NCBI GenBank assembly: GCA_036264355.1
Contig: DATARD010000380.1
Location: forward strand, 2,084-66,083
Direction of reading: 5' to 3'
From: Thermoanaerobaculia bacterium
GTDB lineage: Bacteria; Acidobacteriota; Thermoanaerobaculia; Multivoradales; UBA5704
Length of the DNA: 64,000 bases
The position numbers and the translations under genes are program-made. Below, piece after piece: positions 34,587 through 42,866 of the stretch. Numbering within the stretch: the stretch's first letter is position 1; the number at the start of each line of letters is the position of its first letter. The notes under the pieces are model-generated. The model saw nothing but the letters and a program-made list of their open reading frames with translations. It searched no databases and was not told the DNA's origin.

Positions 34587-34640
34587 AGAGAAACTAGCAG
34601 GGTTCGTTTCGGATGCCAAGAGAAACGAGCAGGGTTAGTT
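34587..34640. promoter_or_regulatory. Two direct 22-nt repeats AGAGAAAC(T/G)AGCAGGGTT(C/A)GTT, 32 bp apart
   Basis: Copies at 34587-34608 and 34619-34640 (2 mismatches). They start 5 nt from the ATPase start codon, in the divergent intergenic region. Confidence 0.5.
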
Positions 34641-34787
34641 GCTGATAAGCGCCCCGGTCTGAGCCCAGGAGATGGAGCATGGTCCGACTCCGCGACAGTG
34701 GCGAGGGGCTCCTGCAACTGGAGGCTGCGACCAAGTGGTCTGCGGCGTCGACGCCCCTGCTACTATGAATAGGCACAAGGAGGGCGC

Positions 34788-35201
34788 ATGGCCGCTCATG
34801 CTGTAAGGCTTCATCTGCCAGGGCCGTTGTACAACCACTTCCAGAGCCGGGCCGAACGGGCGCACCGAAGCCTGGAGGCGGAGTTGCTGGCGGCGGTCGC
34901 CACGGTCGCCGCAGAGGAAGAGGAGTTGTCTCTCGACGTGGCCAGGGCGATCGAGGAGCTCAAGCTCTTGAACGAAGAGGAGCTCTGGCGGGCTGCCCAA
35001 AACCGACTCTCCGAGGAAAGCAGGTTGCAACTCGAAGCGCTCAACCTCAAACAGCAACGAGGAAGATTGACGCCGGCCGAGAAGGAGACGCTGGAGCATC
35101 TCATTGAGCAATACGACCAAGCTGTGCTGCTACGTGCGGAAGCAGCCCGACTCCTGAAGGAGCGCGGTCACGACATCTCCAGCCTCCTGACCGTGCGATG
35201 A
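34788..35201 (+). CDS. Ribbon-helix-helix-like small protein with helical C-terminal domain
   Basis: N-terminal VRLHLPGPLYNHFQSRAERAHRSLEAELL (RHH-like). RBS is AAGGAGGG. ATGA overlap with the HNH gene. Confidence 0.6.
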   Translation: MAAHAVRLHLPGPLYNHFQSRAERAHRSLEAELLAAVATVAAEEEELSLDVARAIEELKLLNEEELWRAAQNRLSEESRLQLEALNLKQQRGRLTPAEKETLEHLIEQYDQAVLLRAEAARLLKERGHDISSLLTVR

Positions 35202-35626
35202 CTTCGGACTATGTCGCGAAGAGATTGCGCGACCGCGTTGCTGAACAGGCTCGCCATCGCTGCGGCTACTGTCTGACCTCGGAGTTGGTCGTTGGTCTCT
35301 CCATGGAGATCGACCATCTCATCCCCCAGGCTCTTGGAGGTCCTACCGTCGAAGAGAACCTTTGGCTGGCCTGCTCGGCCTGTAACGGCTCCAAAGGTCA
35401 TCGGATCTCTGCCCGCGATCCGGAGAGCGGCCAGATCGTCCGGCTGTTCAACCCTCGTGAGCAGAGTTGGGAAGAGCACTTTTTCTGGGCGGATTCGGGC
35501 TGTCGAATCGTCGGGAAAACAGCCGTCGGCCGGGCCACGGCGAAGGAGCTCCGCCTCAACCGTCCTCTCCTGGTTCGAGCGAGAAAGGTCTGGATCGCGG
35601 CCGGTTGGCATCCGCCGGTGGATTGA
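35198..35626 (+). CDS. HNH endonuclease
   Basis: CGYC ... EIDHLIPQALGG ... NLWLACSACNGSKG. Confidence 0.85.
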   Translation: MTSDYVAKRLRDRVAEQARHRCGYCLTSELVVGLSMEIDHLIPQALGGPTVEENLWLACSACNGSKGHRISARDPESGQIVRLFNPREQSWEEHFFWADSGCRIVGKTAVGRATAKELRLNRPLLVRARKVWIAAGWHPPVD

Positions 35627-35711
35627 GACGCTTTCGTTCGGTGCCGCCTCATCGATCGCTCGCCCTGGCCGCTGGATGGACGGGCGAGGCTGAGCCGCGG
35701 CAATCCGGAGC

Positions 35712-35963
35712 TCAATCAAGTCCCAGGCGCTTCTTTGCCTCCGAGAGGGAGACCCGACTGGTCTCCCGAGACCGTTCCTCTAGAAAGGCAGTGAACTCCG
35801 GGTTCAGGCTGAGTGCCTCGACCTCGGCGCCAAAGTCATCAGCGCCCACTTCAGTCAGGATGAACTCCCTTCCCTCGGAAGTCGTGAGCAGGATCATTTC
35901 ATCCTTGGCGAGGGCCAGTAGCTCAGCGAGGCCGGAAACCGCGGCAGCATCGATTGTCTTCAT
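35712..35963 (-). CDS. Phd/YefM-like antitoxin (apparently orphan)
   Basis: MKTIDAAAVSGLAELLALAKDEMILLTTSEGREFILTEV. Its ATG overlaps (ATGA) the stop of the upstream toxin remnant. Confidence 0.55.
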   Translation of the reverse strand: MKTIDAAAVSGLAELLALAKDEMILLTTSEGREFILTEVGADDFGAEVEALSLNPEFTAFLEERSRETSRVSLSEAKKRLGLD

Positions 35964-36172
35964 AGCAGGAACTCCTTACCTCGAACCAGAAGGCGGTTGT
36001 GTTCTTTCCAGCCAACTGCCCTGACCACTACGATGTTAGCTTCAACCTCCACTTCATAGAAGACCCGGAAGTCGCCCGCCCGACTTGGAGAAGCTCGGCC
36101 AACGAAGTATTTCCGGACGCAAATGAAGTATTGCCGGACAGCGCCGGGCCGGGGAACGGTCCCAACGAAGTA
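35960..36172 (-). pseudogene. RelE/ParE-like toxin remnant lacking a start codon
   Basis: My own minus-strand translation gives ...VRKYFVGRASPSRAGDFRVFYEVEVEANIVVVRAVGWKEHNRLLVRGKEFLL*. The GDFRVFYEV..VVVRAVG block is toxin-like. The open frame (70 codons) has no ATG/GTG/TTG upstream of that block, and its 5' part is made of the 21-bp repeats. Confidence 0.55.
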
Positions 36173-36307
36173 TTAGCGGACACGAACGAAGTATTTGGGG
36201 ACGGTAGCGAGGTATTGCCGGACGGCTTCGAGTCGGGGGACCGTCGCGGCGAAGTATTGCCGGACCAAGACGAAGTATTGGCGGACGGCCCCGAGGTATT
36301 GCCGGAC
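36104..36307. repeat. Array of 15-nt motifs GA(A/G)GTATTNNCGGAC phased at exactly 21 bp (8 clear and 2 degenerate units)
   Basis: Motif starts at 36104, 36125, 36167, 36188, 36209, 36251, 36272 and 36293. Degenerate units sit at 36146 and 36230. Confidence 0.85.
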
Positions 36308-36500
36308 AGGGGTCGGTCTTCGGTGGCCGGAGAGGTCCATCGGCTCGGCCGCCCATCCAGATCCTTCGGTCGCCAAGGCTCCCTCAGGATGACACAAAGG
36401 AAGGCGAGGAGCCGTCCCGCAGGGACAAGGGCGTCCAGCCCAGGATTTCAATCCTGGGAAAGGAGGCCATGGGGGCCGGGGTGAGGGCCCGCGTCCCGCC

Positions 36501-37592
36501 TCACCCTCCGTGAGCCCGCTTCTCCCTCCAATATCTCTTCTGCCAGATCTCCACGTTGCGGTTGTGCTCTTCGAGGGTGGTGGAGAAGACGTGGGTGCCG
36601 TCGTTGCGGCTCACGAAGTAGAGGTATGGGACGTCCGCGGGATCGGCGGCGGCGATCAGGCTGGCGATGCCGGGGGAGCAGATGGGGCCGGGGGGGAGGC
36701 CGGCGTAGCGGTAGGTGTTGTAGGGGGAGTCGACTTGCAGGTCGGCTTTGTGGATGTTGCCGTCCCAGCGGCCGAGCTTTTTCAGGGCGTAGATCACGGT
36801 CGGATCGGCGGCGAGGCCGATGTGGCGATTCACGCGGTTGCTGTAGACGCCGGCGATGATCGGGCGTTCGGTGGGCATCTTGGCTTCCTTCTCCACGATG
36901 CTCGCCAGGATGACGATCTGGCGCAGGGTGCGGTCGGGATGGCGGTCGCGGAGCGGCAGGATCTGGTGCTCGTAGCGGGTGTGGAAGGTCTTGGCGATGG
37001 TGGCGACGACGACCTTTTCGTCCGTCTTCGGAGCGAAGGAGTAGGTGTCGGGGAGCAGGTAGCCTTCGAGATCCTTCGCCTCCGGATCGAGATCGGCGAT
37101 CAGCTCGGGCGAGCGCATCAGGTCGAGGAGGACCTCGCGCCGGCCGAGCTTCGAGTCGACGAGCTTGTCGGCGGTCTCTTCCAGGGTCATCCCCTCGACC
37201 AGCGTCACCAGGAGGTTGATCACGTCGCCGCGGATGAGCTTGCCCAGCACCTGCTCGGTGTTGAGCGGACCGCGGAAGCGGTATTCACCGGCCTGGATCG
37301 GCCGGTTGCCCATCCGGAAGCGGAGATAGAGACGGGCGAGGCGGGCGTCGGCGAGCACGCCTTCGCTCTCCAGATGGGTGATGGCCAGGCTCGCGCTCGT
37401 GCCCGGGGCGATGGTCACCAGCCGCTCGCTGCCCGGATACCCCTGGAATGGATGCTGCACCCGCCACCAGGCCCACCCTGCGAAACCGGCCGCCACGAGG
37501 AAGAGCGGCAGGAGGAAGAACAGGCAGCCACTGCATCCCCATCTCGTCTTTTTCTTGCCGGTCCGTCCCCGCCCCTGAGTTGTCGCCATCAT
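36501..37592 (-). CDS. mltG: Endolytic murein transglycosylase MltG (YceG-like)
   Basis: N-terminal TM helix. SNRVNRHIGLAADPTVIYAL and SPYNTYRYAGLPPGPICSPG. Confidence 0.9.
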   Translation of the reverse strand: MMATTQGRGRTGKKKTRWGCSGCLFFLLPLFLVAAGFAGWAWWRVQHPFQGYPGSERLVTIAPGTSASLAITHLESEGVLADARLARLYLRFRMGNRPIQAGEYRFRGPLNTEQVLGKLIRGDVINLLVTLVEGMTLEETADKLVDSKLGRREVLLDLMRSPELIADLDPEAKDLEGYLLPDTYSFAPKTDEKVVVATIAKTFHTRYEHQILPLRDRHPDRTLRQIVILASIVEKEAKMPTERPIIAGVYSNRVNRHIGLAADPTVIYALKKLGRWDGNIHKADLQVDSPYNTYRYAGLPPGPICSPGIASLIAAADPADVPYLYFVSRNDGTHVFSTTLEEHNRNVEIWQKRYWREKRAHGG

Positions 37593-37996
37593 CCCTCCTC
37601 CCGGTCCAGCGCTTCCTGGAGCAGGATCTGCGCCGCCATCGAATCCAGCCGTTCGGGGTGCTTCCGCGGATCGACGCCGGCGGCGCGCAGCCGTTCGGCG
37701 GCCTCGACGCTGGTCAGCGATTCGTTCACCAGCTCCAGGGGGAGACCGGTGAGCTCGGCCAGCCGGCGGGCGAAACGGCCGGCGCGTACGGCGGCCGCGC
37801 CGCGGGTGCCGTCGAGCCCGAGCGGCTCGCCGACGATCAGGCGGCCGATCTCTTCGCGGCGGGCGATGGCGGCGATCTCCGCCAGCGCCGAACGGTCGTC
37901 GCGGCGCCGCAGGGTGCAGAGCGGCACGGCCAGCGATCCTTCGGAGACCGCGAGGCCGATTCTCTTCTCCCCGAAGTCGATGCCGAGGGCGCGCAC
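37589..37996 (-). CDS. ruvX: Putative pre-16S rRNA nuclease / Holliday junction resolvase-like YqgF
   Basis: (V/M)RALGIDFGEKRIGLAVSEG with GTG start at 37996. 4-nt overlap with mltG. Confidence 0.85.
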   Translation of the reverse strand: MRALGIDFGEKRIGLAVSEGSLAVPLCTLRRRDDRSALAEIAAIARREEIGRLIVGEPLGLDGTRGAAAVRAGRFARRLAELTGLPLELVNESLTSVEAAERLRAAGVDPRKHPERLDSMAAQILLQEALDREEG

Positions 37997-38100
37997 GGCG
38001 GGGATTCTACACGGGAGCCCTGTGCTACGATCAGGCGCCCGGTCCGCCCGCCCGCGCGGACGGCTCGGACCCATCCAATTCCAGCGGAGACGCAGACGTC

Positions 38101-39279
38101 ATGGACGATGTTGTCATATTGAGCGCGGTGCGCACGCCGATCGGGACCTTCCAGGGTGCCCTGTCGAGCCTGCCGGCCCACGCTCTCGGTGCCCGGGCGC
38201 TCGCCGCCGCCTATGAGCGGGCGGGAGTCGCTCCGGAGCAGATCCAGCAGGTGAATCTCGGGTGTGTCCTTCCCGCCGGCCAGGGGCAGGCTCCGGCGCG
38301 CCAGGCCGCTCTCGGCTCCGGCTGTCCGCCGGCGACCGGCGCGTTGACATTGAATAAGGTCTGCGGCTCCGGCATGCGGGCGGTGATGATCGCCGCCAAC
38401 GACCTGCGCTGCGGCGACTTCCAGGTCGTCGCCGCGGGCGGCATGGAGACCATGAGCCAGGCGCCCTATCTCGCGGTCGGCGCGCGCGACGGTCTGCGCC
38501 TCGGCCACGGCAAGCTGCTCGATTCGATGATCCACGACGGCTTGTGGGATCCCTACAACGACGTCCACATGGGGAGCTGCGCCGAGCTCTGCGCCGCCGA
38601 GTACAAGCTGAGCCGCACCGAGCAGGACGCCTTCTCGCTGGAAAGCTACCGCCGCGCCCGCGAGGCGACGGAGAAGGGGCTGTTCGCCGAGGAGATCGTG
38701 CCGGTCGCCGTGCCGCAGAAAAAAGGGGAGGTGAAGATCGACCGCGACGAGGAGCCGTTCAAGGCCGACCTCGACAAGATGCCGTCGCTCCGCCCCGCCT
38801 TCCAGAAGGACGGCACGGTGACCGCCGCCAACGCCAGCAAGATCAACGACGGCGCCGCCGCCCTGGTGCTCACCACCGCCGGCCACGCGGCGCGGCTCAA
38901 CGCGCGTCCGCTCGCCCGCATCGTGGCGCACGCCTCGCTGGCACAGAAGCCGGAGTGGTTCACCACCGCGCCGGTGGGCGCCGCGCGGGCGGTGCTCGAG
39001 CGGGCCGGTCTCAAGACCACCGACATCGATCTCTGGGAGGTCAACGAAGCGTTCGCCGTCGTCGCCCTCGCCTTCCAGCGTGATCTCGGCCTCGACGCGG
39101 CGCGGATGAACGTCCGCGGCGGCGCCGTGGCTCTCGGCCACCCGATCGGCTGCTCCGGTGCCCGCATCCTGGTGACCTTGCTGCACGCCTTGCGGCAGAG
39201 CGGAGGGCGGCTCGGCTGCGCCGCCATCTGCATCGGCGGCGGCGAGGCTACCGCGATGGTGATCGAGCGGTTAGACTAA
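38101..39279 (+). CDS. Acetyl-CoA C-acetyltransferase (thiolase II)
   Basis: LNKVCGSGMRAV (active-site Cys), NVRGGAVALGHPIGCSGARI, CIGGGEA. Confidence 0.92.
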   Translation: MDDVVILSAVRTPIGTFQGALSSLPAHALGARALAAAYERAGVAPEQIQQVNLGCVLPAGQGQAPARQAALGSGCPPATGALTLNKVCGSGMRAVMIAANDLRCGDFQVVAAGGMETMSQAPYLAVGARDGLRLGHGKLLDSMIHDGLWDPYNDVHMGSCAELCAAEYKLSRTEQDAFSLESYRRAREATEKGLFAEEIVPVAVPQKKGEVKIDRDEEPFKADLDKMPSLRPAFQKDGTVTAANASKINDGAAALVLTTAGHAARLNARPLARIVAHASLAQKPEWFTTAPVGAARAVLERAGLKTTDIDLWEVNEAFAVVALAFQRDLGLDAARMNVRGGAVALGHPIGCSGARILVTLLHALRQSGGRLGCAAICIGGGEATAMVIERLD

Positions 39280-39287
39280 CGCCGTCC

Positions 39288-41759
39288 ATGGCCGACTCGC
39301 ACAGGATCTCCCCGAGCCTTCTCCTGGCGTGCTGCCTGGCGCTGACCTCCGCGATGGTCGACGCCCAGGAGCAACCGCCTCCCGCGTCCCCGGCGCCGGC
39401 GACCACGCCCGCGCCGCCTCCGGCGCCGCCGATGGCAGGCCCCGGCGTCACCAACAATCCGCAGCCGGCTCCGGCGGCGCCTGCACCCGCGACTCCTCCC
39501 GCGGCGGCCAAGCCGAAGGCTCCGCCGCCGCTGCCGCCCAACCCGGACGAGCTGCAGTTCCAGCTCAAGTTCCCGCCGCAGAAGGGGAAAAAAGAGGGCG
39601 GCGCCGCGGTCGGCTCGGCCGGCACGCTGGAGTACAAGCGCGAAGATTACGCGGTGCTCACCGGCAACGTGCACATCCATTATCAGGACATCGACATGCA
39701 GGCGGACCAGGCGGAGATCGACCTGTCGACGCGCGACGTCATCGCGCTCGGCAACGTCGTCATCGACCAGGGACCGCGGCGGATGACCGGCATCTCGGCG
39801 ACATTCAATCTCGACAGCAAGACCGGCAAGCTGAAGCAGGCGACCGCCCGTGTCGCGGCCGACTACTATTTCAGCGGCACCGAGATCGACAAGACCGGGG
39901 ACAACACCTACGAGGTCAGCAACGGCATCTTCACCTCCTGCGACCAGAAGGTTCCGGACTGGAGCTTCCGCCTCGGCCGGGCGCGCGTCGAGGTGGAGGG
40001 CTACGCGCACATGCACAACGTGTCGATGCTGGTGAAGAAGCTGCCGGTCCTCTACGTGCCCTACATCGTCTGGCCGGCCAAGACCGAGCGCTCCTCGGGC
40101 TTCCTGGTGCCCAACGTCGGCTATTCGAACAGCCGCGGCGCCGAGCTGGGCCTCGCCTACTTCCAGACCCTCGGCCGCAGCTACGACACGACGATCCACA
40201 CCGATCTGTTCACCAAGAACTTCCTGGGCATCGGCGACGAGCTGCGCTACCGGCCGACCGCGGGGACGACCGGCGACCTGATCGGCTACATGGTGCACGA
40301 CGGCTCGAAGCTCCCCGGCGAGCTGCCGCACGACGCGTGGCGCTGGAAGGTGGAGTGGGACCACGTCACCAACGACCTGCCGTACGGCATGCGCGGTCTC
40401 GTCCACTATCTGAACTACTCGGACTTCAACTTCTTCCGCGACTTCGAGCGCGACTTCGACCGCAACACGGTGCGCTTCCTCGACAGCAAGGCGTCGGCGA
40501 CCGGCAACTGGGGTCCGAACCTGCTCAACATCCTGCTCGACAACCGCGAGACGTTCATCGACGCCACGACGACGAACACGGTGATCCAGCGCAAGCTGCC
40601 CGACGTCGACTACCACCTGCGCTCGACGCAGGTGGGCAAATCGCCGTTCTACGTGCAGTTCGACGGCTCGGCGGCCTATCTCGACGTGTCGCAGCCCAAC
40701 AGCTACGCCGGCAAGTACGGGCGCTTCGACCTCTTCCCGCAGGTCACGCTGCCGATCCGTTCGTTCACCTGGCTCTCCATGTCGGTCACCGGCGGCGAGC
40801 GGCTCACCTGGTACGGCGACACCCTGGAGACCCGGACGACGGACACCGGAACGGTCACCGACTTCCGCGGCCAGGCGGCGACCCGCACCCTGCCGTACGG
40901 CAGCGCCGAGATCGTCGGTCCCTCGTTCTCGCGCATCTTCGACGTCGACCTGGGCAAGTTCGGCAAGTTCAAGAACGTCATCGAGCCGCGCTTCACCTAC
41001 ACCTACCAGGGGATCTTCGACAAGCAGCAGAGCATCCCGCAGTTCGACGAGGTCGATACGCAGTTCGCTTCGAACATCGGCCGGGTGGCCCTGGACAGCC
41101 GGGTCCTCGGCAAGCCCGCGGACGAGAAGCAGAGCGCCCGCGAGGTGCTGCTCCTGGAGATCGCCCGCAGCTACAGCTTCGACAAGACCCAGCCGCTCCT
41201 CGGCGTGGCCAGCGTCAGCGACGTCAACGGCGGCCTGGTGACGCCCGGGGTCGTGACCACCGGCACGCGGAGCTCCCAGGCCGGACCGCTCGAAGGGCTG
41301 CTGCGCTTCAATCCGAGCGACCGCACGAACCTCAAGCTGGAGGGCACCTACGACACGCTGTACAAGCGGATCGCCTCGACCGGCGTCTCCGGCAACTATG
41401 GTCTGCCGTCCGCCAACTTCATCGGCTTGACCTGGTTCACCCGCTATGAGACGGACAACGGGCAGACCCTGGGCAACCAGATCCGGCTGAACGGCGGCAT
41501 CGCCGTGCTGCCGGGCAGGCTGCGGCTCGAAGGGCAGGTCAACTACGACATCCAGCTCCACCTGCTGCAACAGCAGCGCTACCTCCTGACCTGGACGTCG
41601 CAGTGCTACGGGGTCATTCTGGAGCTGCGCGATTTCCGCACCGGCACCGGCGTCGGTGCCGCGACACAGAGCGACAAGGAGATCCGCTTCTCCCTGAGCC
41701 TGAAGAACGTCGGCACGTTCCTCGACCTGACCAGCCGTAGCACCTCGATCGTCCAGTAA
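39288..41759 (+). CDS. lptD: LPS-assembly protein LptD (OstA family)
   Basis: Signal peptide and Pro-rich linker. OstA_N-like LEYKREDYAVLTGNVHIHYQDIDMQADQAEIDL..., then a large beta-barrel-like C-terminal region. Confidence 0.8.
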   Translation: MADSHRISPSLLLACCLALTSAMVDAQEQPPPASPAPATTPAPPPAPPMAGPGVTNNPQPAPAAPAPATPPAAAKPKAPPPLPPNPDELQFQLKFPPQKGKKEGGAAVGSAGTLEYKREDYAVLTGNVHIHYQDIDMQADQAEIDLSTRDVIALGNVVIDQGPRRMTGISATFNLDSKTGKLKQATARVAADYYFSGTEIDKTGDNTYEVSNGIFTSCDQKVPDWSFRLGRARVEVEGYAHMHNVSMLVKKLPVLYVPYIVWPAKTERSSGFLVPNVGYSNSRGAELGLAYFQTLGRSYDTTIHTDLFTKNFLGIGDELRYRPTAGTTGDLIGYMVHDGSKLPGELPHDAWRWKVEWDHVTNDLPYGMRGLVHYLNYSDFNFFRDFERDFDRNTVRFLDSKASATGNWGPNLLNILLDNRETFIDATTTNTVIQRKLPDVDYHLRSTQVGKSPFYVQFDGSAAYLDVSQPNSYAGKYGRFDLFPQVTLPIRSFTWLSMSVTGGERLTWYGDTLETRTTDTGTVTDFRGQAATRTLPYGSAEIVGPSFSRIFDVDLGKFGKFKNVIEPRFTYTYQGIFDKQQSIPQFDEVDTQFASNIGRVALDSRVLGKPADEKQSAREVLLLEIARSYSFDKTQPLLGVASVSDVNGGLVTPGVVTTGTRSSQAGPLEGLLRFNPSDRTNLKLEGTYDTLYKRIASTGVSGNYGLPSANFIGLTWFTRYETDNGQTLGNQIRLNGGIAVLPGRLRLEGQVNYDIQLHLLQQQRYLLTWTSQCYGVILELRDFRTGTGVGAATQSDKEIRFSLSLKNVGTFLDLTSRSTSIVQ

Positions 41760-41779
41760 CGCGTTTCCTCGGAGGTGAC

Positions 41780-42865
41780 ATGAAGGGCTTGATCCTGTCG
41801 GGGGGTAAAGGCACGCGCCTGCGTCCCCTGACCTATACGTCCGCCAAGCAGCTCGTCCCGGTGGCGAACAAGCCGGTGCTGTTCTACGCCATCGAGGCGA
41901 TCGTCGCGGCGGGGATCACCGACATCGGCATCATCGTCGGCGACACGCGCGAGGAGATCCGCGCCGCGGTGGGCGACGGCGCGCGCTTCGGCGCCCGCAT
42001 CACCTACATCGAGCAGTCCGCTCCGCTCGGTCTGGCGCACGCCGTGATGATCGCCGAGGAGTATCTCGCCGGCTCGCCGTTCGTCATGTACCTGGGGGAC
42101 AACCTGATCGCCGGCGGCATCACCGGCCTGGTGGACGAGTTCAGGGATCTGGGCTGCAACTCCGAGATCCTGCTCGCCGAGGTGCCGACGCCGGAGCAGT
42201 TCGGCGTCGCCGAGCTGACCCCGGACGGTAAAGTCTTCCGGCTGGTGGAGAAGCCGAAGGAGCCGAAGAGCAACCTGGCGCTGGTCGGCGTCTACATGTT
42301 CGACGCGACCATTTTCGAGTCGGTGCGCCGCATCAAGCCGTCGAAGCGCGGCGAGCTCGAGATCACCGATGCCATCCAGGACCTGATCGACCGCGGCCTC
42401 GACGTCCATCCGCACATCGTGCGCGGCTGGTGGAAGGACACCGGCAAGCTGGACGACATGCTGGAGGCGAACCGCATCGTGCTCGAAGGGCTCGGCGCCG
42501 GGCGCGGCGCCACCCTGGGGGCGCTCGGAGCCATCGGCGAGAACAGCCGCATCGAGGGGAAGGTCGAGATCGGCGCCGGCGTCGAGCTGATCGACTCGCT
42601 GGTGCGCGGTCCGGTGGTCATCGGCGACGGCGCCCGTCTGGAGAACGCCTTCGTCGGCCCGTACACCTCGATCGGCGAGCGCTGCAAGCTGGTCTGCTGC
42701 GAGGTGGAGAACTCGATCATCCTCGCCGACTCGGAGATCCGCGACATCCCGCTGCGGATCGACGGCTCGCTGATCGGCCGCAACGTGCGCATCGTGAAGA
42801 CCGACTTCAAACCCAAGGCCTACCGTTTCATGCTCGGGGACAACTCCGAGGTGGGGATCACCTAG
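41780..42865 (+). CDS. Glucose-1-phosphate thymidylyltransferase, long form with C-terminal left-handed beta-helix
   Basis: MKGLILSGGKGTRLRPLTYTSAKQLVPVANKPVL and a C-terminal hexapeptide-repeat region. Confidence 0.85.
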   Translation: MKGLILSGGKGTRLRPLTYTSAKQLVPVANKPVLFYAIEAIVAAGITDIGIIVGDTREEIRAAVGDGARFGARITYIEQSAPLGLAHAVMIAEEYLAGSPFVMYLGDNLIAGGITGLVDEFRDLGCNSEILLAEVPTPEQFGVAELTPDGKVFRLVEKPKEPKSNLALVGVYMFDATIFESVRRIKPSKRGELEITDAIQDLIDRGLDVHPHIVRGWWKDTGKLDDMLEANRIVLEGLGAGRGATLGALGAIGENSRIEGKVEIGAGVELIDSLVRGPVVIGDGARLENAFVGPYTSIGERCKLVCCEVENSIILADSEIRDIPLRIDGSLIGRNVRIVKTDFKPKAYRFMLGDNSEVGIT

Positions 42866-42866
42866 C

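Noticed and set aside
36104-36307. The 21-bp array (and the 41-bp array at 56947-57253) as CRISPR arrays.
   Set aside because: The periods are far too short for repeat-plus-spacer units. There are no unique spacers between conserved repeats, and no cas genes or leader are present in the window.
35999-36484. Plus-strand ORF of 161 aa reading the 21-bp array as xxEVLPD heptad repeats.
   Set aside because: Not fully excluded, but disfavoured. Its repeat codons (gta, ttg, tta, gaa, ttt) are atypical for this genome. Its start lies antisense to the toxin remnant, and its C-terminal third is Arg-rich junk that ends just before the mltG stop.
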